In this document: positions 27,515-35,821 of the stretch, piece by piece
Position numbering within the stretch: position 1 is the stretch's first letter
Layout: every line of letters begins with the position of its first letter
Origin: Haliscomenobacter hydrossis DSM 1100
GTDB lineage: Bacteria > Bacteroidota > Bacteroidia > Chitinophagales > Saprospiraceae
Direction of reading: 5' to 3'
DNA: 52,634 nt
Assembly (NCBI GenBank): GCA_945878825.1
Contig: CAMDWC010000001.1
Span: 1-52,634 of the forward strand
Notes under the pieces: model-generated
Seen by the model: only the letters and a program-made list of their open reading frames with translations
What the model was told of the DNA's origin: nothing
Database searches by the model: none
Program-made: the position numbers and the translations under genes

Positions 27515-27542
27515 TTAGAACTGCTTGTTCCTTAAAACACAG

Positions 27543-27570
27543 AGCCTCTTCTTCGGAAGAGGCTTTTTTG
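27543..27570 (+). terminator. rho-independent terminator
   Basis: AGCCTCTTC-TTCG-GAAGAGGCT followed by TTTTTTG. Confidence 0.8.
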
Positions 27571-28004
27571 TTTATTACAGCTACGCGAACGCATAAATAG
27601 TTATCAATTTTAGCTTTATATAATTGAAATGTATTTAAATTTAAAAAACCAGTCTATTACGGAACATTTGAGGATATGGTGGGGTAAGTTATTATCAATA
27701 ATTATTGGTTTTTCATGGATTTTAAGTGGTAACAAAAGTAAAGAAACAAATGAGTAATAGAAATAAGAAACCAGCCCAACACGGGTTTGGCAAAAGTGGC
27801 GGTTCAGTGCTCCGCAGACACATTTGTGGTTAATCAAAGTTTGGTTCTCCGCATCAACATTTGTGCAGAAAATCAACACCTTAGCCAAGCCGCAAACCGT
27901 TAGTCTGTGAAAAAACCAAACTAGGTTTTTTTCTTAAAAATACGAAAAATTCCTTTCAAACCACCTCATAATTTTGTATCTTCAAGGATGAAACACAAAC
28001 AAGG

Positions 28005-28385
28005 TTTTTTAAGAAATTATCCTCCTTATCTGAACAATTCATTTTTCCTACCCTACAATATGAAGATTTTAAGGAATCATTCGAAAACAGAAGATATTTC
28101 AATGAACATGAAGAGTATTTGATTCATCGGGCCAGATGTCGTCATAACAGTGCCCTTCTAAGGGTATCAAAAAGTATGGAACTAAAAAATATCCTTACAG
28201 GTCATTCACCACGACACACCATTTCCCAACATCTTTCACAAAGTGATTTTAGTGACGACGAAATAAGACAAGTATTGGGTCACAGTGACGTTAAAACAAC
28301 CAAGATTTACCTCCGAGAAAATATCGGGGTATCCCCCACCATGAAAATCATGAAGAGATTTAACGAAACACATTCCAACTATTAA
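28005..28385 (+). pseudogene. tyrosine integrase, C-terminal catalytic fragment only
   Basis: The frame is open from 27972. It reads FIFPTL..., TGHSPRHT (HxxR) and LGHSDVKTTKIY (His...Tyr nucleophile). The N-terminal DNA-binding half and the first catalytic Arg region are absent. It lies directly beside the tRNA 3' end. Confidence 0.7.
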
Positions 28386-28480
28386 CCTGAAAAGAGTGCT
28401 GCAGGGTTTTCTGCAGGGTTCGGAAAATAATATTAAATAATAAGTGAATAGTGTATATAAATCATTGATTTTTTACCGAG

Positions 28481-28552
28481 TGGTCCCGACGGGAATCGAA
28501 CCCATATCTAGTGTTTAGGAAACACCTATTCTATCCGTTGAACTACGGGACC
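28481..28552 (-). tRNA. tRNA-Arg (anticodon CCT)
   Basis: Reverse complement is GGTCCCG TA GTTC AACGGATA GAAT A GGTGT TTCCTAA ACACT AGAT ATGGG TTCGATT CCCGT CGGGACC A. It folds as a 72-nt cloverleaf with anticodon CCT in a 7-nt loop. CCA is not encoded. Confidence 0.9.
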
Positions 28553-28578
28553 CCAAACTGTAGGAAGCAGTTCGGGCG

Positions 28579-28586
28579 CAAATATA
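28579..28586 (-). promoter_or_regulatory. candidate Bacteroidota -7 box (TATATTTG, fits TAnnTTTG) for tRNA-Arg
   Basis: The minus-strand TATATTTG ends 26 nt upstream of the tRNA 5' end. Confidence 0.3.
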
Positions 28587-28942
28587 ATCATTACCCTCAT
28601 AAATTCTAATTAATTAGAGCGAAGTCATAAAAATACCTACAGTTTAATTCCCTATTAGCATTTTTATCATGACACAGGATAATCTTCCCTCTTTAAAAAT
28701 TCTTTTAGAATTTATTTTCCTTATAATTCTAATAAAATCTTTAATATGTGCGTTTTTTATGGTTTAATAGGTCCTTTATATTTTTTTCCAAAAGAAATAT
28801 ATTAGTGAGGTTATTCAACCATGGAATAAACATTGTACCCCAAATATTTATATAGCAACTGGTAACCCTCCGGTGTATTCTATTCGCCATTTTAATGCTA
28901 TATTACCTTATAAATTTATACCTAGCGTATTTTAAAACTTAA

Positions 28943-29923
28943 ATGATGAAAATTTTCAAAATATTTCTATACATTATTGCAGCCTTTATTTTTATGATGC
29001 TGCTACCCAGAACTATAGGATTTTTGTTTCCAGAAAAAGCGCCTATCGCCTATCATTTCGAAGTACTCGATTACCTCGCTATTGGCGTCGGTCTTGAAAA
29101 ACTTGCGGATCTTGAACCTGAAATTCCAAATTCTATAGAGGAAATTAAAAATATTGAATACAAAAAGGTGAATGGTAGATCGCTCCAACTGGATATCTAC
29201 AAACCTCGAGATCTTAAAAAACCAGCTCCTCTTTTAGTTTTTGTTCATGGTGGCGGTTGGAAAAGTGGCAAACGATCTGATTATCTGGTTTATCTGGTGG
29301 ATTTTGCAAAAAAAGGGTATATCACAGGGACCGTTTCATATACCTTGAAAAATGACAGCATTTATCCGGCTTGTGTTCAGGATGTTTCTGATGCTATGCA
29401 TTTTCTATTTAATAACAGCAAAAAATACGGATATGACCCAGAACGCGTTGCCATGATTGGCGGATCAGCAGGCGGTCACCTGGTTTTAATGACTACATAC
29501 GATTTAAAAAAACCTACCATTCCACTCGATAGTACTTACCTTAATAGTCCACCAAATAAAATTAAATGTGTCGTTGATATTTACGGCCCAGTTGATATGA
29601 CAACACCTTATGCTCAAAATCAAGAGCTTGTTACAGGTTTTATCGGTCATTCTTTCAAAGAAAGACCTGATTTATACTGGGAAGCCTCGCCAGCAAAATA
29701 TCTTCGAAAAGGACTGCCTCCTACCCTCATTTTTCAGGGAACTTCCGATAACCTTTTACCACAAAGTCAATCTGATACTTTAAAAGCTCGGCTTGACCGG
29801 CTCGGTGTTCCTGCAGAATACTACAAACTCCCTCTTTGGCCCCATGCGATGGATATTGCACAACGACCAAATCAATATATGCAAAAGAAAATGGATGCAT
29901 TTTTTGAGAAATATTTAAAGTGA
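28943..29923 (+). CDS. alpha/beta-hydrolase esterase (HGGG / GxSxG type)
   Basis: 326 aa with an N-terminal anchor. It has the VFVHGGGW oxyanion motif, the IGGSAGGH nucleophile elbow, and a late D and H (WPHAMD). Confidence 0.75.
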   Translation: MMKIFKIFLYIIAAFIFMMLLPRTIGFLFPEKAPIAYHFEVLDYLAIGVGLEKLADLEPEIPNSIEEIKNIEYKKVNGRSLQLDIYKPRDLKKPAPLLVFVHGGGWKSGKRSDYLVYLVDFAKKGYITGTVSYTLKNDSIYPACVQDVSDAMHFLFNNSKKYGYDPERVAMIGGSAGGHLVLMTTYDLKKPTIPLDSTYLNSPPNKIKCVVDIYGPVDMTTPYAQNQELVTGFIGHSFKERPDLYWEASPAKYLRKGLPPTLIFQGTSDNLLPQSQSDTLKARLDRLGVPAEYYKLPLWPHAMDIAQRPNQYMQKKMDAFFEKYLK

Positions 29924-29924
29924 G

Positions 29925-31256
29925 ATGAAGTTAAAAAAAATTCTTCTGCCATTTTTAATATTGACCCTTACAAAAACGATTATTCAGGGTCAGAAAAAAG
30001 ACTTACTTCAAACAGAGGATTTAGCCTTTCTTAAACAAATGGTTAAAGATGTGATGGATTCTTCTCGTATCTATCCAAATCAATCTATTTCTGATTCATT
30101 TGGCCCAAATCAAACAGGGGGTATATTGATTCGACCTGGGGGCAGAAATTCTTATCCCGCCTTTTGGATTCGCGATTATGCAATGTCCATACAAAGCGGT
30201 TTTGTTACACAAGAGGAACAAAAACACATGCTTCTATTAACAGCAAAGACACAATCGGACGAATTTAAATTTACAAAATGGGGCTCTTTTATTCCAAAAG
30301 GTGCCGTCGCTGACCATATTCGGATAGATGATGGAAAACCGATTTATTTCCCAGGTACCTATAGTTATGAAAACCAAGGGGATAAAAAATGGGGGATGCA
30401 ACCCCCGTTTTGTGATCAGTTCTTTTTTATACAAATGGCTTTTCATTACGTTAAATCTTTTTCTGCATTTCACTCTTTAAATGAAAATATAAATGGCGTC
30501 AGACTACTAGACCGACTAGAATTAGCCTATCAAATGCCACCCACTGATTCCATTACTGGACTCATCGAGGTGACCAACGAAAACAGAGGAGTAGATTTTG
30601 GGTTCCGAGATGCCATATATATCAGTGGTAAATTATGTTTTGCATCCCTTTTAAAATATCAGGCTTCCCTTCAGTTAGCCCTTTTATTTCAGGAAATGGG
30701 AGATAAAAAAAAGGCTTTGATGTATAAAAATGAAGCTACAAAAATTAAAAAATCGATTATAAAAACCTTCAAAAATAAAGATGGAATGCTTTTTGCCAGT
30801 ACTGAAACGAGTGCACAGGTTGATGTCTGGGCAACTTCTTTGGCTATTCATTTTGATGTTTTGCTTGGAAATAATCGTTTAAAGGCAGCAAAACAGCTCC
30901 TTCAAGGGTATATTTCAGGAGAATTATCTCAAAATGGTAATATTAGACATATTCTGAAGTCAGATGATTTTAACGAAAATTCATCCTGGGAAAAAAGCCT
31001 CGTACCTAAAGATACCTATCAGAATGGTGCTTATTGGGGAACCCCTGTAGGCTGGGTTTGCAAGGCCATTGCTAATGTTGATCAGGTTGCAGCGCAAAAA
31101 TTAGCTTCCGAATATATCCAGGATTTACGCGAGGGTGATTTCAGGAAAGGGGGAGATTTTGGCGCTCCGTGGGAATGTTTTAATGGCAATGCAAAACAGA
31201 ATCCTGTTTATTTAACCTGTGTAGCCGTTCCATTCATCATCTTTAATGACAAATAA
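29925..31256 (+). CDS. putative six-hairpin (alpha/alpha)6 glycosidase-like protein, unassigned family
   Basis: 443 aa with a signal peptide. FWIRDYAMS and YQNGAYWGTPVGW resemble (alpha/alpha)6-barrel glycosidase motifs. This is inference only. Confidence 0.4.
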   Translation: MKLKKILLPFLILTLTKTIIQGQKKDLLQTEDLAFLKQMVKDVMDSSRIYPNQSISDSFGPNQTGGILIRPGGRNSYPAFWIRDYAMSIQSGFVTQEEQKHMLLLTAKTQSDEFKFTKWGSFIPKGAVADHIRIDDGKPIYFPGTYSYENQGDKKWGMQPPFCDQFFFIQMAFHYVKSFSAFHSLNENINGVRLLDRLELAYQMPPTDSITGLIEVTNENRGVDFGFRDAIYISGKLCFASLLKYQASLQLALLFQEMGDKKKALMYKNEATKIKKSIIKTFKNKDGMLFASTETSAQVDVWATSLAIHFDVLLGNNRLKAAKQLLQGYISGELSQNGNIRHILKSDDFNENSSWEKSLVPKDTYQNGAYWGTPVGWVCKAIANVDQVAAQKLASEYIQDLREGDFRKGGDFGAPWECFNGNAKQNPVYLTCVAVPFIIFNDK

Positions 31257-31395
31257 TTCTCAAAATTTTCCAATTTTCAAATGTAGGTAAATTAAAACCC
31301 TTTTCATGGAAAAAGGGGTAATATTGAATGATATTATTTCAGGTGAAAATATTTATCTTTATGAAATATTTTAAAAACATTAATCTACCTTAGTA

Positions 31396-33321
31396 ATGAG
31401 TGTCATCAAATATCAGTTCAGGGAAGTGGAACAAATAAAAACAACTATTTGGCCTGACGCCAAACAGGGTTCCATTCATATTGCGCGGATAATAGCCCAG
31501 GCCATAAAAGAAAAAGCAGCAAAGGGAGAAAATATTTTATTGGGTCTTTCCACAGGTAATTCACCCGTTCAGATATATAAGGAATTGGTGCGAATGCATA
31601 AGGAGGATGGTCTGAGTTTTAAAAATGTCATTTCTTTCAATCTCGACGAATACTACCCCATGCAGCCCGATGCTTCTCAAAGCTATGTGGCCTTTATGAA
31701 GCATCAATTATTTGATCATATTGATATTCAAAAAGAAAACATTCATATACCTGATGGCACTCTTCCTTTGGAAGAAGTTGAAGCTTATTGTACAGCGTAT
31801 GATAATAAAATAAGTGACTTAGGTGGCATCGATATTCAACTGTTAGGCATTGGAAGAAATGGGCATATTGGATTCAATGAACCCGGATCATTCGAAAATT
31901 CCCCTACCCGCCTGGTTCGTCTGGATGCCACTACGAGAACTGACGCATCAAATGATTTTGGTGGAGAGGAAAATGTTCCCTATCGAGCCATTACCCTAGG
32001 TTTGAAAACCGTAATGCAGGCAAAAAGTATTTTGCTTTGTGCCTGGGGTTTAGGAAAAGCAAGTATTGTACAAAAAGCAGTGGAAGATTCTATCACCAAC
32101 GATTTACCCGCCAGCCTGTTACAACGTCATAAAAATACGGAATTTTTTATAGATCTCCCGGCAGCTGAAAGCTTGACCCGATTTAAAATGCCCTGGTTAG
32201 TAGCCCTTTGTAACTGGACGCCAGACCTCATTTGCAAAGCGGTGGTATGGCTTTCTTTACAATCAAAAAAACCTATACTAAAACTAACGGCAGAGGATTA
32301 TAAATTCCATGGGTTAAGTGATTTATTAGTTGAATATGCCACTGCTTATGAAATAAATATCGTCGTTTTCAATAGATTACAGCACACCATTTCTGGCTGG
32401 CCAGGCGGAAAACCTAATGCCGACGATGGTACCAGACCTGAACGTGCGGTTCCTGAAAGGAAAAGGGTCATCATATTCAGCCCTCATCCCGATGACGATG
32501 TCATCTCCATGGGTGGAACTTTTCTTCGTTTGGTCGATCAGGGTCATGAAGTTCATGTAGCCTATCAAACCTCGGGAAATATTGCCGTTCACGACCATGA
32601 TGCCTTCCGATTTTTATCTTTTTCCATCGACATGTTGGAAAAAGGGAAACAAAATGCAGAAATTCAAGCCAAAATAGCGGAATATGAGCAGTTGAAATCC
32701 ATTTTGGCCGCTAAAAAGCCTGGAAACCAAGATCACCTGGGTATCAGAAAGGTAAAAGGATTAATCAGAAGGGGTGAAGCCAGTGCCGGTGCTCGTTTTT
32801 GCGGATTAAATGATGATCATATCCATTTTATGGACTTACCCTTTTATGAGACCGGAGCTACCAAAAAAAGCCCTCTTTCAGCTGCCGATGTCAATCAAAC
32901 TGCTGCTTTTATAAAGGAAATCAAACCACATCAAATATTTGCTGCTGGTGACCTGGCCGATCCCCATGGTACCCACAAGGTATGTCTGGATGTTATATTA
33001 ATAGCTATGGAATCCTTGAAAAATGAAAGTTGGATTGCAGATTGCTGGCTTTGGCTTTACAGGGGTGCCTGGCATGAATGGCCCGTAGAAGAAATTGAAA
33101 TGGCAGTTCCCTTAAGTCCCCAGGAACTGGTCCGTAAAAGAAAGGCCATTTTTATGCACCAGTCGCAAAAAGATACCCCACCTTTTGCGGGAAATGATCC
33201 ACGCGAATTCTGGCAAAGGGCAGAAGAAAGAAATAAGGCTACCGCTGATACCTATCATGCCCTTGGATTTGCTGAATATGAAGCAATGGAGGCTTTCCGT
33301 CGCTGGAAATTTAACTTTTAA
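31396..33321 (+). CDS. nagB: glucosamine-6-phosphate deaminase fused to LmbE/PIG-L-like deacetylase domain
   Basis: 641 aa. The N-terminal half has LGLSTGNSP, FNLDEYYPM and GIGRNGHIGFNEPGS. The C-terminal half has IFSPHPDDDVISMGGT and DPHGTHK (PIG-L metal site). Confidence 0.85.
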   Translation: MSVIKYQFREVEQIKTTIWPDAKQGSIHIARIIAQAIKEKAAKGENILLGLSTGNSPVQIYKELVRMHKEDGLSFKNVISFNLDEYYPMQPDASQSYVAFMKHQLFDHIDIQKENIHIPDGTLPLEEVEAYCTAYDNKISDLGGIDIQLLGIGRNGHIGFNEPGSFENSPTRLVRLDATTRTDASNDFGGEENVPYRAITLGLKTVMQAKSILLCAWGLGKASIVQKAVEDSITNDLPASLLQRHKNTEFFIDLPAAESLTRFKMPWLVALCNWTPDLICKAVVWLSLQSKKPILKLTAEDYKFHGLSDLLVEYATAYEINIVVFNRLQHTISGWPGGKPNADDGTRPERAVPERKRVIIFSPHPDDDVISMGGTFLRLVDQGHEVHVAYQTSGNIAVHDHDAFRFLSFSIDMLEKGKQNAEIQAKIAEYEQLKSILAAKKPGNQDHLGIRKVKGLIRRGEASAGARFCGLNDDHIHFMDLPFYETGATKKSPLSAADVNQTAAFIKEIKPHQIFAAGDLADPHGTHKVCLDVILIAMESLKNESWIADCWLWLYRGAWHEWPVEEIEMAVPLSPQELVRKRKAIFMHQSQKDTPPFAGNDPREFWQRAEERNKATADTYHALGFAEYEAMEAFRRWKFNF

Positions 33322-33531
33322 CGACGTTAAAACCGTTGATAAGTCTTTTATTTCGGAAAATGCAGCCTATGGGATGGTAAAGGAAGTCAAAAGGGCTTTG
33401 ACCAACGGAATGAAAGAGAGGTTCGAAACAAAAAGGCGGTCAATTATTTCTGTACCTTCAAATTATTTCCTCTTTTCTTTTTCTTTGCGTATATTAGTAC
33501 GTTAAAAAGTTTAAAGTACCGCGAAACCTAT

Positions 33532-35799
33532 ATGAAAAAGAAACTAACACAAATAATTCTTTCGGTCATTGTATCTATAATGCCCTTCTATTCATTATCG
33601 GGTCAGGTCATCATACCCCTTCCGTCCCAAATAGTTTCCGCCCCTGGCTTTTTTTATTTTTCGGGTACCACTAAAATAGGTTCAGACGAAAGCACCCGCA
33701 TTCCAAGCTATTTACAAACCTATTTAAAGCAAAGACAAACCGCTTTAAATGCGAATGGAAATGCAAATGAGATCATTTTTACTTTGTCAAACCAAGGTCT
33801 TTCGGAAGGTTATGAACTCAAAATCAGTCCAAATAAGATTCATGTAACTGGTAATGACGAAAAGGGTTTGTTTTATGGTATTCAGAGCCTTATTCAATTC
33901 CTTCAGCACCAGCCTCTATCTAATGGAAGCATCAGCATACCTTGCCAAACCATAACGGATCAACCCCGATTTGGATACAGAGGTATTATGTTGGATGCAG
34001 GTCGATATTTTCAGCCAGTATCTTATATTAAGGAATTATTAGATATGATGGCTACCTATAAATTCAATACCTTCCACTGGCATTTGACAGAAGACCAGGG
34101 TTGGCGGGTAGAGATTGAAAAATACCCGAAGTTAATGTCCAAATCTGCCTGGAGATCGGAAACAGTTATAGGTCATCACAATCAAAAACCCCGTGTTTAT
34201 GATGGTGAAAAACACGGCGGATATTACACCAAAGCGGACATTAGAGAGATCGTTGCTTATGCTTCGGAAAGAAATATTACGGTTATTCCTGAGATTGAAA
34301 TGCCTGGTCATGCTACGGCAGCCATTGCAGCTTATCCTGAACTTGGTTGTACGGGAAAAACATTGGAAGTACCAACAGATTGGGGTGTAAAAGAAGATGT
34401 TTACTGTCCGTCAGAGGCTACCTTTACTTTTTTAGAAGATGTGCTCACGGAAATAATCCCTTTGTTTCCCAGTCCGTATATTCATATCGGCGGAGATGAA
34501 TGCCCTAAAAAGCAATGGAAAGAAAGTGCTTTAGCACAGTCTGTTATGAAACGGGAGGGTCTAAAAGACGAGGATGCCTTGCAGAGTTATTTTATAAAAA
34601 GGATGGAAGCCTTTCTTAAAACCAAAGGTAAAAAACTCATTGGCTGGGATGAAATACTCGAAGGTGGTCTCGCTCCCGACGCTACGGTTATGTCCTGGCG
34701 GGGAATCAAAGGCGGTATTGAAGCCGCCCATTTGGGTCATGACGTTATCATGAGTCCAAATACCTTTTGCTATTTTGACTATTATCAGACTGATGCACCG
34801 GGAGAACCTTTAGCCATTGGAGGTAAATTAACTGTGGAGAAAGTATATTCTTTTGATCCCATTCCCGATGAATTACCAGCAGAAACGCATAAACATATCT
34901 TAGGAGGTCAAGGAAATATCTGGACCGAGTATATTTCAACGTTGCCAAAACTCCGATACATGGCTTATACCCGTATGCTTGCCCTTTCTGAAGTACTTTG
35001 GACGCCTGTTGCAAAAAAAGAATTCTTACCTTTTGCTGTAAGACTTAACAAACATATTGACTATTGGAAAACTAAAAATATTGAGTTCGCCAATCACTTA
35101 TTTGAAATCAAACCGACTTTAACAACAAAAGAAATAGGCTTAGAGGTAGCATTAACCCCATTTGTTCCCTGGGGAGAAATAAGATATACTCTTGATGGAA
35201 CGGAGCCAAAAAGCACCTCCGCAGTATATACCAATCCTTTGCTGCTAACTAAAAAGACGGTAGTAAAAACACAGTCTTTTGTCCAGAACCAAGCTAAAGG
35301 ACATCCCATTTCAATAGATTTTTTGCCTCATAAAGGCTTACAAGCGAAGATACTATCAAAAACAACCCCTTCAAAAACATACAAGGGAGCAGGAGAGAGA
35401 GGATTAATCAATGGGATCTCCGGGAGTAAAACTCAGTTCAACGATGGGGAATGGCAGGGCGTTACGCCAGGCGAACCGTTTAGCATGAAGTTAAGTTGGA
35501 CAGAAAAACAATCGATTAAAGGCATTCAATTCCATGCCTTTAACGATCCTGAATCGTGGATTTACTTACCATCGGAAGCTACTATTTATACTTCTCAGGA
35601 CGGAACTACCTTCTCAAAGGCCTGCGAAACCAAGATTACTGAAAACAAAGACACCAAGACCCTTGCGGTGGATATACCCTGCAAAATTACATCGCAGTTT
35701 ATCGAAATTAAGACACCTGCCATGGGAACCATTCCTGTCAACAGACCAGGCGCGGGTAACCAGGCTTGGTTATTTTTAGATGAAATACGGGTCTATTAA
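33532..35799 (+). CDS. GH20 beta-N-acetylhexosaminidase with C-terminal discoidin-like domain
   Basis: 755 aa with a signal peptide. It has RGIMLDAGRYF, FHWHLTEDQGWR, IPEIEMPGHA and HIGGDEC. The C-terminal ~150 aa look like a beta-sandwich. Confidence 0.9.
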   Translation: MKKKLTQIILSVIVSIMPFYSLSGQVIIPLPSQIVSAPGFFYFSGTTKIGSDESTRIPSYLQTYLKQRQTALNANGNANEIIFTLSNQGLSEGYELKISPNKIHVTGNDEKGLFYGIQSLIQFLQHQPLSNGSISIPCQTITDQPRFGYRGIMLDAGRYFQPVSYIKELLDMMATYKFNTFHWHLTEDQGWRVEIEKYPKLMSKSAWRSETVIGHHNQKPRVYDGEKHGGYYTKADIREIVAYASERNITVIPEIEMPGHATAAIAAYPELGCTGKTLEVPTDWGVKEDVYCPSEATFTFLEDVLTEIIPLFPSPYIHIGGDECPKKQWKESALAQSVMKREGLKDEDALQSYFIKRMEAFLKTKGKKLIGWDEILEGGLAPDATVMSWRGIKGGIEAAHLGHDVIMSPNTFCYFDYYQTDAPGEPLAIGGKLTVEKVYSFDPIPDELPAETHKHILGGQGNIWTEYISTLPKLRYMAYTRMLALSEVLWTPVAKKEFLPFAVRLNKHIDYWKTKNIEFANHLFEIKPTLTTKEIGLEVALTPFVPWGEIRYTLDGTEPKSTSAVYTNPLLLTKKTVVKTQSFVQNQAKGHPISIDFLPHKGLQAKILSKTTPSKTYKGAGERGLINGISGSKTQFNDGEWQGVTPGEPFSMKLSWTEKQSIKGIQFHAFNDPESWIYLPSEATIYTSQDGTTFSKACETKITENKDTKTLAVDIPCKITSQFIEIKTPAMGTIPVNRPGAGNQAWLFLDEIRVY

Positions 35800-35821
35800 T
35801 TAACTGACAAAAAACATTTTC

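Noticed and set aside
27616-27888. 90-aa minus ORF
   Set aside because: It covers the structured repeat element and its product is not protein-like. I treat the region as non-coding (see the finding at 27781-27935).
18848-28552. Possibility that the repeated units form a CRISPR-like array
   Set aside because: The repeat spacing is 2-5 kb rather than tens of bp. The repeats contain a tRNA 3' fragment and an integrase ORF tail, and no cas genes are present. I found no short regularly spaced repeats anywhere in the window.
33185-33505. 106-aa plus ORF overlapping the nagB 3' end, plus other internal or antisense ORFs in PUL genes (e.g. 34193-34390, 34748-35014, 35534-35779, 38149-38385, 41259-41513, 46539-46790)
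   Set aside because: All are nested within or antisense to long genes with strong family signatures. None has motifs.
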